A DNA stretch of 59,814 nucleotides, counting the filler. It is 3 parts of 3 records of this genome, joined end to end, with 100 filler letters (N's around TTAATTAATTAA, not from the genome) between each part and the next. Parts side by side here need not be neighbours in the genome. Positions count along the whole stretch, not along the records: positions 1 to 29,207 come from SRR22947725_2138; positions 29,308 to 48,362 come from SRR22947725_2178; 1 more part is not named here. One strand, 5' to 3'. This document shows, one piece after another, positions 25,929 to 36,700 of this stretch. A program made the position numbers and the translations under genes. How positions within the stretch are numbered: the stretch's first letter is position 1; every line of letters begins with the position of its first letter. Under the pieces are notes generated by a model that saw only the letters and a list, made by a program, of their open reading frames with translations, did no database searches and was not told the origin of the DNA.

Positions 25929-28900
25929 TCAAGTATGGAAGACAGCCTTATCTGAATCTATCTCTAGTACACCTTCTGATACAGGTATGACCAAATGCTT
26001 TTTGTCCTCTTGGTCTTCTGTTTCTGGTTCTATAGAGGAGTCTTCTCCGGGGCGTTTTTTGTTGTCATAGTCAGGCAATGTCTTCTCGTCGTGAAGATTA
26101 GTCGGACCCATAGGTGATTCTATAGGAGTAGCGTAGTCGATACCTAATCCCATAGCACCAGTACTAGACTGTCCTACTGAACCTACCCCGCTCTTGAGTA
26201 ACTTCTCGATAAGTAAAAGACCCTTTACTAGTACTTTATCTCGCTCTTGGTTAACTGTCCACTTGGTTTCTTTTATTTTCTTAGGAGTAATTAGCGGTTT
26301 ACCATCACCCTTTGATTCGTGAACTTCGGCTTTATCTTCTTGCTCAGGCTCTTTAATATCTAAATTAGCCTTGAGTAAAGCACCTGCTATCGGCCCCCAG
26401 TATGCTCTTTGACTTTCAGACAACCTAATCAAATAATTATTAGATGATAAAGGACTATGTAAAGACCAGTTGCCAAGTGATTCTGTTGCTTTGTAAACTA
26501 CATCGCCTTGTGGCATGACCACTCTTATTCCGCTCTTTGCTCTATGTACTTCACATAGCCATTGTGAATCAAGAGACTTTGCTAGTAGACCGAGTGTTTC
26601 TCGGCTAACCAGACCTTCACCTTCTGCTTCACCTATGATATCTGAACCGGTTAATGTGTAAACATACTCGTCTTGTATAGACTCTACTTTAGTGACATTA
26701 GCCGCATTAACTCTAACATGGTCACCTTCGTTGTATTTATCTGTACTGTTAAATGCAACCCCTACTTCCATGTAAGTTTCTTCGCCCGACTCAACTGCTC
26801 GATTACCTATACTCTCTGCTTGAGTAATTGGACCAGTACCTAATCTGTAAGTATAAGGCCCGTTACCTCTTCTTTCCAATACTCTCAAGACTACATCTTT
26901 ACCGGGCTTGAGCATAACCCACTTAGGATGGCGGAGTTCACCCGCCATGTAAGTTGACTTTGCATCTCTTAGTAGTAGAGATTCATGTTCTTTCTGTAAA
27001 TCTTCAACTGCTAGTTTAAGACCAGCGTCGTCTGTAAGTCTAGTATCACTAGCGCTTGGAAGATGTATATTCTCAATACCTTCCATGCCTCCTCTTAGTA
27101 TCTTTATCCTATCATCAATAGTTACTTCGTGAACTTCTTTATCGTCAAACTCTAAGACATCAAAGATATAGTACCCTTCTTCTGTCTTAATCACATCTAT
27201 ATGGTAATTTTCGTCAGCAACTTTCTTGAAATTTTTCTCATCATCATCTGATAAATCAAATGTAGGCGATGTCACTTTATCATCATCTTTCTTGACAAAG
27301 CCTCTCTCACCTTCTGGCATAACAGATACCATCCAGTCGCCTGTAAAACCACGCAGGTGTTCGAGGTCATCAAGTTCAAAGATGCGATGCATAGGCTGTA
27401 AAGTAGGGACTTTGGGCCCTAGGTCTTTTCTGATAATGTCAGGATTAGTTAAATCAGCCAAGCCTATTTCTGATTTGTAAGTGGCTTTTGGGTCTTGGTT
27501 TCTTGAATAGGACACAGAATCTTGTACAAACTGAGCCCCCATCTTAGATGCTTCGTTTAATTTCTCCCTTGATTCTTGATGCTCAGGAGAATTAAGTTTA
27601 TCCAACCATTCAGGTGGCGCTATATCTTTCCAGAAAGAATAAAGCAAAGGCACTAACCTTTGCTTGTTACCATCAGGAGTAAGAGTAATCTTAGGAGTGC
27701 CGTCTGAGGATAAAGTATAATTGAAGTTTGGCTTCATTTCATGACCAAACTCATGTTTGAAACCTCCCGAATTGTAAATGCTATGCACAGTACTACTGTC
27801 GTGTCCAGTCGGCCCTACCTTGACACGACCTAAACCTCTAACTGTTTCAGTCGTACTTTGCGGTGCTTCCACTTCTGGGAAACTAGTAACCAAAGAGTTT
27901 AGGGTTTGCATTACTCTGTGTTTAACATCTTCAAATCTAGCATCTTTTTTCTTTGCACTTCCAAAACTAGAACGCCCTGTATGTAAGTCTTCATCAAATC
28001 TATCATCTAAATTATGTGCAAGTTGGAAACCTATACCAGCCTGCTTACTTCTTTCATCCGAACCTTTACGACCTAAAACTGCATATATCTGTTCTACTTT
28101 TCTAGCAAACTCTTTAACATCTGGTTTACCTCTTCTTTTATTATTATCCAAATCTGCAAGCATAGCGTCAATATCTATATCTGGATACTTCTGACTAATC
28201 AACTGTCGACCTGACATGACCGGTGGTATCGGTTTACCTTCGTTTAATCTAGGAAGTACGGTGTTGTCGATGTAATCTTTCATGGTCTGCCTTAATCTAT
28301 CATCAGATGTATCTAAGCCAAGTGAATTCATAAATGAGTTCTCAAACTCAATTCTCTTGTTTTCTGCATCTTTAACAAAAGGTTCGTATTTACTGGGGTT
28401 TTCTTGATATGGCTGGCTGTCTAATATCTGATTTATTCTAAAACTCTGATTAAAATAATCTTCTATAGCGTCTTCTGGTACACTAAACCCTGACGAAGAA
28501 ACCGAAGTTTTCAAATCAGCAGAAAAGTCATCAGTCTTTACAGACCTGCCAGTTACATCTGTATCTGTATTACCAACAGTGTGTATGTCGTGAGCATCAG
28601 AAGGAGCCCTGTGCAAATAGTCATTAGACATCTGTGCCCACATTCGCATGTTAGCAGCGATGGTTTGAAAATCAGCATTAGGGTTAAAGATTTCAGCAAG
28701 TAGTGACTGACCTTCTGGCGTTTGCATCATGTCTTGTTTTAACTTAATACCCGCTTCTGTTATGGCGTTAGTATCACTTCGCAAAACATTCTGCAAAGTA
28801 TTGTAATGACCGTCACCTCCGAAAGTTCTATCTTCGACTTTCTCTTTTCTTTCCCAATCTTTTGCCTTCCTTCTTAATTCTTCGAGTTCTTCACTCTTAG

Positions 28901-29207
28901 CAGGTTTCAACTGAGGCGGTAAATCAGGAAATTCATTTTCTAAAGATTCGATTTGTGTAAGTAATCCTTCATAATAATCAGACTCTTGCTCTAAACTATC
29001 TGGTCTATCAGTTACGGATAACTGACGGCTCAATGAGGCTACTGGATTTAATTCTCTTCCTGCATAACCAGCCATACCTATATCTTCTTCATTTTCATTT
29101 TCCAAATTGAATTGATGCTGTGCAAGGTTATTTTCGAGTCTATCAAGCATTCTTTGTTTACCAGCAGGTAATTCTTTCAACTCTTGCATCAAATTGGTTT
29201 TTTCAAA
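25929..29207 (-). CDS. Large protein (over 1090 aa, 5'-truncated) containing a degenerate ATP-dependent DNA ligase-like adenylation + OB module
   Basis: Frame open to the contig edge. WMVSVMPEGER (motif I position), YYIFDVL (IIIa), ESLLLRDAKSTY..G..RHPKWVMLKP (IV/V). Lysines of motifs I and V read as Met. Confidence 0.8.
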   Translation of the reverse strand, partial: FEKTNLMQELKELPAGKQRMLDRLENNLAQHQFNLENENEEDIGMAGYAGRELNPVASLSRQLSVTDRPDSLEQESDYYEGLLTQIESLENEFPDLPPQLKPAKSEELEELRRKAKDWERKEKVEDRTFGGDGHYNTLQNVLRSDTNAITEAGIKLKQDMMQTPEGQSLLAEIFNPNADFQTIAANMRMWAQMSNDYLHRAPSDAHDIHTVGNTDTDVTGRSVKTDDFSADLKTSVSSSGFSVPEDAIEDYFNQSFRINQILDSQPYQENPSKYEPFVKDAENKRIEFENSFMNSLGLDTSDDRLRQTMKDYIDNTVLPRLNEGKPIPPVMSGRQLISQKYPDIDIDAMLADLDNNKRRGKPDVKEFARKVEQIYAVLGRKGSDERSKQAGIGFQLAHNLDDRFDEDLHTGRSSFGSAKKKDARFEDVKHRVMQTLNSLVTSFPEVEAPQSTTETVRGLGRVKVGPTGHDSSTVHSIYNSGGFKHEFGHEMKPNFNYTLSSDGTPKITLTPDGNKQRLVPLLYSFWKDIAPPEWLDKLNSPEHQESREKLNEASKMGAQFVQDSVSYSRNQDPKATYKSEIGLADLTNPDIIRKDLGPKVPTLQPMHRIFELDDLEHLRGFTGDWMVSVMPEGERGFVKKDDDKVTSPTFDLSDDDEKNFKKVADENYHIDVIKTEEGYYIFDVLEFDDKEVHEVTIDDRIKILRGGMEGIENIHLPSASDTRLTDDAGLKLAVEDLQKEHESLLLRDAKSTYMAGELRHPKWVMLKPGKDVVLRVLERRGNGPYTYRLGTGPITQAESIGNRAVESGEETYMEVGVAFNSTDKYNEGDHVRVNAANVTKVESIQDEYVYTLTGSDIIGEAEGEGLVSRETLGLLAKSLDSQWLCEVHRAKSGIRVVMPQGDVVYKATESLGNWSLHSPLSSNNYLIRLSESQRAYWGPIAGALLKANLDIKEPEQEDKAEVHESKGDGKPLITPKKIKETKWTVNQERDKVLVKGLLLIEKLLKSGVGSVGQSSTGAMGLGIDYATPIESPMGPTNLHDEKTLPDYDNKKRPGEDSSIEPETEDQEDKKHLVIPVSEGVLEIDSDKAVFHT

Positions 29208-29307
29208 NNNNNNNNNNNNNNNNNNNNNNNNNNNNNNNNNNNNNNNNNNNNTTAATTAATTAANNNNNNNNNNNNNNNNNNNNNNNNNNNNNNNNNNNNN
29301 NNNNNNN
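29208..29307. other. Artificial contig spacer
   Basis: N44-TTAATTAATTAA-N44, stops in all six frames; composition and gene content change abruptly across it. Confidence 0.98.
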
Positions 29308-30176
29308 GGTTCACCCGCCAACGTGATGCGCTCAAAGGGGTTTCTGAAGAGACCACCACTGGCGTTTTGCGGCTTTATCAGCTTGCTGAAATGGGCGGAT
29401 TGCCTTTCCCAGCGATCAATGTGAATGACTCGGTTACCAAATCAAAATTTGACAATCTCTATGGCTGTCGCGAGTCATTGGTCGATGGCATTCGTCGCGC
29501 CACTGACGTGATGTTTGCTGGTAAGGTTGCGGTTGTTGCTGGCTACGGTGATGTTGGCAAAGGCTCGGCAGCGTCGCTTCGGCAAGGCGGTGCGCGGGTC
29601 ATGGTAACCGAGGTCGATCCGATCTGTGCGTTGCAGGCCGCGATGGAAGGCTATGAAGTCGTGACAATGGAACAGGCGGCGCCGAAGGCTGATATCTTTG
29701 TGACCGCAACCGGTAATCGTCATGTTATCACCATCGACCATATGCGTGAAATGAAAGACCGTGCGATCGTCTGTAACATTGGCCATTTTGATAATGAAAT
29801 CGATGTTGCGTCGCTGAACAATTACACTTGGTCCGAAGTAAAGCCGCAGGTTGATGAAATTGAATTTCCAAATGGCAAGCGGATGATCCTTCTTGCCAAG
29901 GGGCGTTTGGTTAATCTTGGATGCGGAACAGGACACCCGTCTTTCGTCATGTCGGCGTCATTTACCAATCAGGTGTTGGCGCAGATCGAGCTTTGGTCGT
30001 GTGGTGATCAATATGAAAACAAGGTCTATACCTTGCCGCGTCATCTCGATGAAAAAGTGGCAGCACTCCATCTTGCCAAGGTTGGCGCAAGCTTAAGCAC
30101 GCTTCGCCCTGATCAAGCCGATTATATTGGCGTTGAACAGCAAGGGCCGTTCAAGAGCGAACAATATCGCTATTAA
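29308..30176 (+). CDS. ahcY: Adenosylhomocysteinase (5'-truncated)
   Basis: [43 protein letters not shown]. Confidence 0.97.
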
Positions 30177-30182
30177 TCACCA

Positions 30183-30680
30183 ATGCCAGTTCTGCAATTA
30201 GAATTACCCGATCTGCCAGCAACCGAAACGCTTGGTTCGTTGCTAGCTGACGGGCTGGCGGCGGGTGATGTGATTTCATTAAGTGGGCCTCTTGGTTCAG
30301 GAAAATCGGCATTGGCGCGGGCGATTATTCAGGCGGCAAATCCTGCTGAAACCGATGTGCCGAGCCCCACCTTCACGCTTGTTCAAACCTATGAGCTTGG
30401 GGATGGAACGCCGCTTTGGCATCTTGATCTTTACCGGATTGAAAGCCCCGAAGATGCAATGCAGCTTGGGCTGGATGATGCGTTTATCGATGCGGTTTGT
30501 TTGATCGAATGGCCGGACCGACTAAAAAAGCTGCTACCAAAGACCAATCTTTCAATCCATCTTTACATGGCCGATGCTGATGATGGCGGTGAGTCGTCTT
30601 CCAGCATCCGGTATGCCGATATCACCGCGCCGCCGCATTGGGCCGCCCGAATGGCGGCCATTATCGCCAAAACGGGCTAG
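30183..30680 (+). CDS. tsaE: tRNA t6A biosynthesis ATPase
   Basis: GPLGSGKS, VPSPTFTLVQTY, HLDLYRI, LIEWPD. Confidence 0.96.
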   Translation: MPVLQLELPDLPATETLGSLLADGLAAGDVISLSGPLGSGKSALARAIIQAANPAETDVPSPTFTLVQTYELGDGTPLWHLDLYRIESPEDAMQLGLDDAFIDAVCLIEWPDRLKKLLPKTNLSIHLYMADADDGGESSSSIRYADITAPPHWAARMAAIIAKTG

Positions 30681-30787
30681 GTTTGGCGCCTCTTCGCAAG
30701 GGCTTGCCAACATCAATCCTAGGCCAGATTACCCACTTTTGGTAAACGGGTCTCGCCTTTCGATGTTGTTGCTTTTATAGTTGGCAC

Positions 30788-33700
30788 ATGACAAGCCCTT
30801 CCGTTTACAGCATTGATGCCGGCATGCCGTTTGCCCGTGAATTGGCCGTGGGCATTGCAAAGCTGGCTGACAGCCCCGAAAGGCTGGCGCGCGGTCTTGT
30901 TCTATTGCCATCACGCCGTGCTGCTCGCGCTCTTCAAGCCGCTTTTCTGGATGGTGTTGAAGGTGTGCCGATGCTGTTGCCGCGCATGTTGCCTGTTGGC
31001 GATTTTGGCAATGATGATGATGGCCGGTTAAGCCCATTTCTAGGCGATGATGCTGGCAGTGACTTGCCGCCGCCAATCTCAAAGATAAGACGGCAAATCT
31101 GCCTTGCTAAATTGCTTCGCCATTTTCCGCTTGGCGGACAATATCCAACCCAGCCACAGGCGATGCGCCTTGCCGACTCGCTTGGGCAATTGCTTGACCA
31201 GCTTTACAATGCCGATGCCAGTGCCGAGCAGCTTCGTGATTTATTGCCTGATCAATTTTCGGCGCATTGGCAGGATATTATGACCCTTCTTGGCATTTTG
31301 ATTGATCGCTGGCCGGATATTCTGGCGCAAGAAGGGCTTATTGACGTGGTTGACCGGCGCAACCGGCTGTTACGCCGCCGTGCCAAACAATGGCGCGACC
31401 AGCCACCTGATCAATTGATTGTAATTGCCGGATCGACCGGATCAATCGCGGCGACGCGTGAATTGATTGGCGTGGTGGCAAACCTTCCCGATGGTCATAT
31501 TGTTTTACCCGGGCTTGATCGTCATGCTGGTGATCAATGGTCGGCGATCTGCGAGGATAGTGGCCATCCCCAGCATCAGCTTGCCCAGCTTTTGGCCTAT
31601 CTTGAGATCACGCCTGATGCGGTCCAAGATTGGACAGGGTCAGCCGATCAGATACCGCCCGAATTGCCGGCAAGACGCGATTTGATGCGTGAGGTCTTTC
31701 GCCCTGCTGCAATCAGCGGCGGCTGGCAAAGGCTTGGCGATGCCGGCCCGATGATCAACCGAACCGCGCTTGCTGGTTTGAAAGTTATAACGGTGCGGGA
31801 TCGGCGCGAAGAGGCCAATCTGATTGCCCTATCGCTTCGCGAGGCGTTGGAAAAACCCAATCAAACCGCGGCAATGATTACCCCTGATCGCCAGCTTGCC
31901 GAATTGGTTATTGCCGATTTGCGCCGGTGGGATATCGTCATTGAGGATTCGGCAGGCAAACGATTGTCGCTTTGCCCGCCTGGCCGGTTCTTATCGCTTC
32001 TTTGTGATGCGGTCGATGCCAATTTTACGCCGCTTCGCCTGCTGTCATTGTTAAAACATCCCTATTGTGCAGGCGGAATGAACCCGATTCAATTTCGTCA
32101 TTTTGTCGATCAAATCGAATTGGCAGTATTGCGGGGCCCGCGTCCGGGTGATGGTTTGCCCGCGATTGCCGCGGCGCTTGATGATGCTGAGCTTTGTCAT
32201 TTTTTCGAAACGCATGTCATTGCCAATTTAGCCGCGCTTATTGATTGCTGGCAGGTGCCTAACCCGACTTTGGCAACCCTTGCAGACGGGATTGCTGACG
32301 CTGCTGAACGGCTATGCGCTACCGTGATGGACAGCAATGGTGCGGGTGCAGATCGCGGTGCAGGCGCAATCGAATTATGGAAAAATGCTGACGGCATGGC
32401 TGCAAGCGACCTGTTTCGCAGCCTTGCCGCTGATGGCCGTGATAGCGCGATTGATGCCGGTGATATGCCGCAGATTTTGCGCGAGCTTCTTGAAGATATA
32501 AATGTTCACCCCTTTGGCACACCGCATCCACGGCTTGCCATTCTTGGTGCGGTTGAGGCGCGAATGCATCCAGCACGCGCGGTTGACGCGCACCGTTTAA
32601 TTCTTGCTGGCTTTAATGAAGGCAATTGGCCGCCGCGTCCAGATGTCGACCCTTGGATGAATAGCGCGATGCGGGCAGCGGTTGGGTTGCCGCCGAAAAA
32701 CTGGCGAAGCGGATTAAGCGCGCATGACGTCTATATGGCCATTTGCAGCAAAAACATCATTGTCACCCGCGCCGATAAAGAGGCGGGAACCCCAACGACA
32801 AAAAGCCGTTGGTTACAGCGCATGGAAGTTGTGGTGAATGCGCTTGGTCTGAATGACAATATTGATGATGGCGCGATTGAAAAAGCTTGGCTTGCGAAAT
32901 TTGAACCAAAGACAATTCCCCAACCGGCGGTTCGGCCGTCACCTTGTCCGCCATTGGCAAGCCGCCCACGCCAGTTTTCGGCAACTGAAATTGATATCTG
33001 GATCACTGACCCCTATGCCATCTATGCCAAGAAAATTCTGGGGCTAAAACCGCTTGACGATATTGACCGCAGTGCTGATGCGGCGCTTTGCGGTATTTTG
33101 TTTCATGATGCGCTTGCCGATTTCAGCAAGGCAAATGCCACGGGCCAATTGGGCGAAGACGCATTGCAACAATTGCTGGATTTCGGCAAAACCAATTTTG
33201 CCAGCCAGATTGGTCAGCCCTCAATCCGCTATTTCTGGTGGACAAGATTCGAGGCGATGGCCGCATGGTTTATCGAAAATGAACATCGCCGCCGTGATGA
33301 TTTACAATCAATTCATGCTGAAATTAATGGGGTGATTTTTTTGCAGGCGGCGCAAGGGCCGGTAAAACTGACCGCGCGGGCGGATCGGCTGGAATATGAC
33401 AAAGACGGGGAATGGACGATTGTCGATTACAAAACCGGCACGGTGCCAAGCGGAAGCTTGATCAAAAAAGGCGCTCGCAACCAATTGGCGGTTGAAGGGC
33501 TGATTGCCTTTGACGGCGGGTTTGAATCACTGCCGGCGGGCGAGATAAGATCATTGGAATATTGGCAGTTAAGTGGCAAAAAATCGGCACCTGGTGAAAT
33601 TAAAATGCCGTATGCCGATTTGTTTGACGCCGATGAAGTCAGGGATCGCCTTGAAAGGCTGGCCAATTATTTTGATCAGGCCGACACTCCCTATCCAAGC

Positions 33701-33793
33701 GAGCTAGACCCGATCAATGTTCCGCCATTTAAGCCCTATCAGCATTTAAGCCGAAGCCGTGAATGGCTTTATGGAGACAATGCCGATGAATGA
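30788..33793 (+). CDS. addB: Double-strand break repair protein AddB
   Basis: LLPSRRAAR N-terminus; C-terminal PD-(D/E)xK nuclease RADRL..VDYKTG; adjacent to addA. Confidence 0.95.
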   Translation: MTSPSVYSIDAGMPFARELAVGIAKLADSPERLARGLVLLPSRRAARALQAAFLDGVEGVPMLLPRMLPVGDFGNDDDGRLSPFLGDDAGSDLPPPISKIRRQICLAKLLRHFPLGGQYPTQPQAMRLADSLGQLLDQLYNADASAEQLRDLLPDQFSAHWQDIMTLLGILIDRWPDILAQEGLIDVVDRRNRLLRRRAKQWRDQPPDQLIVIAGSTGSIAATRELIGVVANLPDGHIVLPGLDRHAGDQWSAICEDSGHPQHQLAQLLAYLEITPDAVQDWTGSADQIPPELPARRDLMREVFRPAAISGGWQRLGDAGPMINRTALAGLKVITVRDRREEANLIALSLREALEKPNQTAAMITPDRQLAELVIADLRRWDIVIEDSAGKRLSLCPPGRFLSLLCDAVDANFTPLRLLSLLKHPYCAGGMNPIQFRHFVDQIELAVLRGPRPGDGLPAIAAALDDAELCHFFETHVIANLAALIDCWQVPNPTLATLADGIADAAERLCATVMDSNGAGADRGAGAIELWKNADGMAASDLFRSLAADGRDSAIDAGDMPQILRELLEDINVHPFGTPHPRLAILGAVEARMHPARAVDAHRLILAGFNEGNWPPRPDVDPWMNSAMRAAVGLPPKNWRSGLSAHDVYMAICSKNIIVTRADKEAGTPTTKSRWLQRMEVVVNALGLNDNIDDGAIEKAWLAKFEPKTIPQPAVRPSPCPPLASRPRQFSATEIDIWITDPYAIYAKKILGLKPLDDIDRSADAALCGILFHDALADFSKANATGQLGEDALQQLLDFGKTNFASQIGQPSIRYFWWTRFEAMAAWFIENEHRRRDDLQSIHAEINGVIFLQAAQGPVKLTARADRLEYDKDGEWTIVDYKTGTVPSGSLIKKGARNQLAVEGLIAFDGGFESLPAGEIRSLEYWQLSGKKSAPGEIKMPYADLFDADEVRDRLERLANYFDQADTPYPSELDPINVPPFKPYQHLSRSREWLYGDNADE

Positions 33794-36700
33794 GATGATC
33801 GCCCGCGCCAGTGCAGCCCAGGCCAAGGCTTCTGATCCGGCGGCTTCGGTATTTGTGTCGGCAAATGCGGGAACGGGTAAAACCAAATTGCTAACCGATC
33901 GCGTGCTTCGCTTGCTGTTATCCGGTGCGCCAGCCGATGGTATTTTATGCGTCACTTACACGCGTGCGGCGGCGGCTGAAATGCGTAACCGCATTTTCAA
34001 ACGTCTTGCCAATTGGGCGACGATTCCGGCAAAGGCGCTGGGCGAAGATCTGGAAAATATGGGCATTGTCACGCCAAGTCAGGATATGCGCCGTCGGGCG
34101 CGAAGCCTATTTGCCGAAATTCTGGATAATGATGATGGGCCGCGTGTAGAGACTGTGCATTCTTTTTGCCAGTCAATTTTGCGGCGCTTTCCAATTGAGG
34201 CTGGTGTTGCCCCGCATGTACAGCTTGCTGATGATGATGAACAAAGCCGGTTAAAGGCGATGGCACGCGCCAATATTCTATATCATCCAAGTCCGGAACT
34301 TGCCGCTTCGGTGTTGTTGATTGCCGAAGCCGTCAGCGAGGGACGCGCTGATGAAATTGTTGATTATTTTGTCAATCGGGCAGAGGGGCTTGAGTCGCCT
34401 GACTGCCTTGCGCGGATCGAGTCGCATTTCCGTGATGATCTTGGCGTTGTTTCTGCTGCACATGAACGCGATGTGGTGATGGCAAGGCTGGATTCGATTC
34501 AGGACGAAAGGCTGCGATCAGTATCGGTGGCTTTGCAGGCATCTGGTTCCAAAACCCAAATTGATCGCGGCGCGAAAATGGATGTCTGGTTGGCGCAAAC
34601 AGGCGATGGTAGGATCGAGAAATTGTCATTTCTGGTCGATGCACTATTTAGTGCTGGCAAGGCCCGCAAACAATTATCAAATGCCTATCTTCGTGAGACA
34701 GTGCCGCAAATTGACGCGATTCAAAAACAGGTCATTGAAATCATTAAACCGTTATTATTTGGTCAGGCAGCACAGATATGCCGTGATCGAACCATGGCGC
34801 TTTACCGGTTTGGCATGGCCTTTAATCAGGAATATAGCCGCCTGAAAACCCAACGCGCTTTGCTTGATTATAATGATCTGATTATCCGCACCAATAATCT
34901 GCTGGCGGCAAGCGAGGCGGCACAATGGGTGGCATGGAAATTAGATAATGGTATCCAGCATCTATTGATTGATGAGGCGCAGGATACCAGTCCGGCACAG
35001 TGGAAATTGCTGCGGCGGCTGGTTGATGAATTCTTTGATGGCGAGGGGGCAAGCTTCTATATCGCATCGGGGGCAACAAGCTTGCCGCGAACGATGTTTG
35101 CCGTTGGTGATTTCAAACAATCGATCTATTCCTTTCAGGGTGCAGACCCGCTGGTTATGAATCAGAATCGAAGCGAGCTGTCCAGCCGCGCCAAAGCCAT
35201 TCAAGCCGATTTCCGCGATGTGCCTTTGTCGGTGTCGTTCCGGTCAGCAAGCCCTATTCTGGATCTGGTCAATAAAACCATTCCCGACCTTGGCGGGATT
35301 GATGATTTTACCATCCATGAAATGGCGCGAAGCGGGGCAGGCGGCTTTGTTGAATTATGGCCGGTGGTGAAAGGCAATGATGATTTTGGTGCTGAAATCA
35401 TTGCTGCTACGCAATTGGCGCGGCGTGTCAAAAGCTGGATTGGCAATCGGCGTTTGCCATCGGGAAATCTTGTCGGGGCCGGTGACATTCTGATTCTGCT
35501 TCGCAAACGCGGCCGGTTTTTCGAATTGTTATTATCGGCATTGCAGATTGCCAATGTTCAGGTGGCTGGCGCTGATCGGATGCGGCTTGCTGAACAAATT
35601 GAAATTCAGGATCTTTTGGCGCTTGGTGATGTAATGCATCTTGCCGATGATGATCTGCAGCTTGCCGCCGTTTTGAAATCGCCTTTATTCGGGATGAACG
35701 AAGACCAGCTTTACGAGCTTGCCTATGATCGTGGCAAGGCCAGCTTGATGTCACGGTTGATGGTGCATCGCGGCGCTGATGGTGATTTGGGCAAGATGGC
35801 CGACCAATTGGCACGCTGGCAAAGCTGCGCTGAATATGAGTCGGTTTTTGGTTTTTTCAGCTTTGTTCTTGTCGATGGTGGCCGCCAGAAATTCCGCGAC
35901 CGGCTTGGCCGTGCGGTTGATGAATCGCTCGATCACTTCTTGAATCTGGCGCAGAATTTTGCCCTTGGCGGCGGCGTGTCCTTGCTTGAGTTTCTAACAA
36001 GCATCCGCAGCAGTGGCGGCGAGGTGAAGCGCGACATGGACGCATCAGGTACGGATGAGGTACGGATCATGACAATCCATGGCGCAAAGGGGCTTGAAGC
36101 GCCAATCGTGATTCTGCCTGATATGCTGGCCAGCCGTGGAAAATCCGAACCGGTTTTGCCGGCGGTTGATGGGTCGGTTCATTACTGGTTGCCGCCATCT
36201 GATTTGGCGCGCCCTGCCTTTGTCGAACAGGCGCGTGAGGCGGCGGCCACGCTTCGCACCGAAGAAAGCAACCGTTTGCTATATGTTGCGATGACGCGCG
36301 CGCGTGATGGTTTGGTGATTGGCGGCTGGGAAAAACCGCATGGCGTCCGCCGCCTAGACGGCAGTGATTACGCGCTGTTAAGCAGGGTGATCAAAGCAAC
36401 CGAAACCGCTATCGAACATGATGATGGCACGGTTTCAATCACCGCTGAACAAACTGCTACGATTGATAAAGATCAAGATAAAGAACCAAAGCTGCCACCG
36501 AAAAAACTGGTTGATGATACGGCTGATTGGTTGCTTCGTCCTGCCCCGATAGATGATAAATCAGGCCGCCCCATCCGGCCATCGCAACCGGGTCTTGACC
36601 ATGACCCTCAATCGCTTGCCGCCAGCGCTGCAAAGCAGAATAGTCAAAACCGTCACATTGGTCTTGCCTATGGCAAGCTTGCACACCGGTTGCTCGAACA

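Larger units (their letters stand above)
1..29207 (-). mobile_element. Fragment of a head-tail archaeal virus genome (Caudoviricetes; probable Poseidoniales/MGII magrovirus), morphogenesis module
   Basis: Co-oriented, tightly packed protease-MCP-adaptor-terminator-tube-chaperone-tail tip genes. Archaeal-style GGTGA ribosome-binding sites (12774-12778, 22856-22860) and a TATA-like box. MCP resembles the halovirus/magrovirus HK97-fold type. Host assignment is inference. Confidence 0.8.

Noticed and set aside
25929-29207. Active replicative DNA ligase
   Set aside because: Motif I and motif V lysines are Met, and the gene sits in the head module
29252-29263. TTAATTAATTAA palindrome as a biological repeat (also 48407-48418)
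   Set aside because: Standard six-frame-stop linker embedded in N runs
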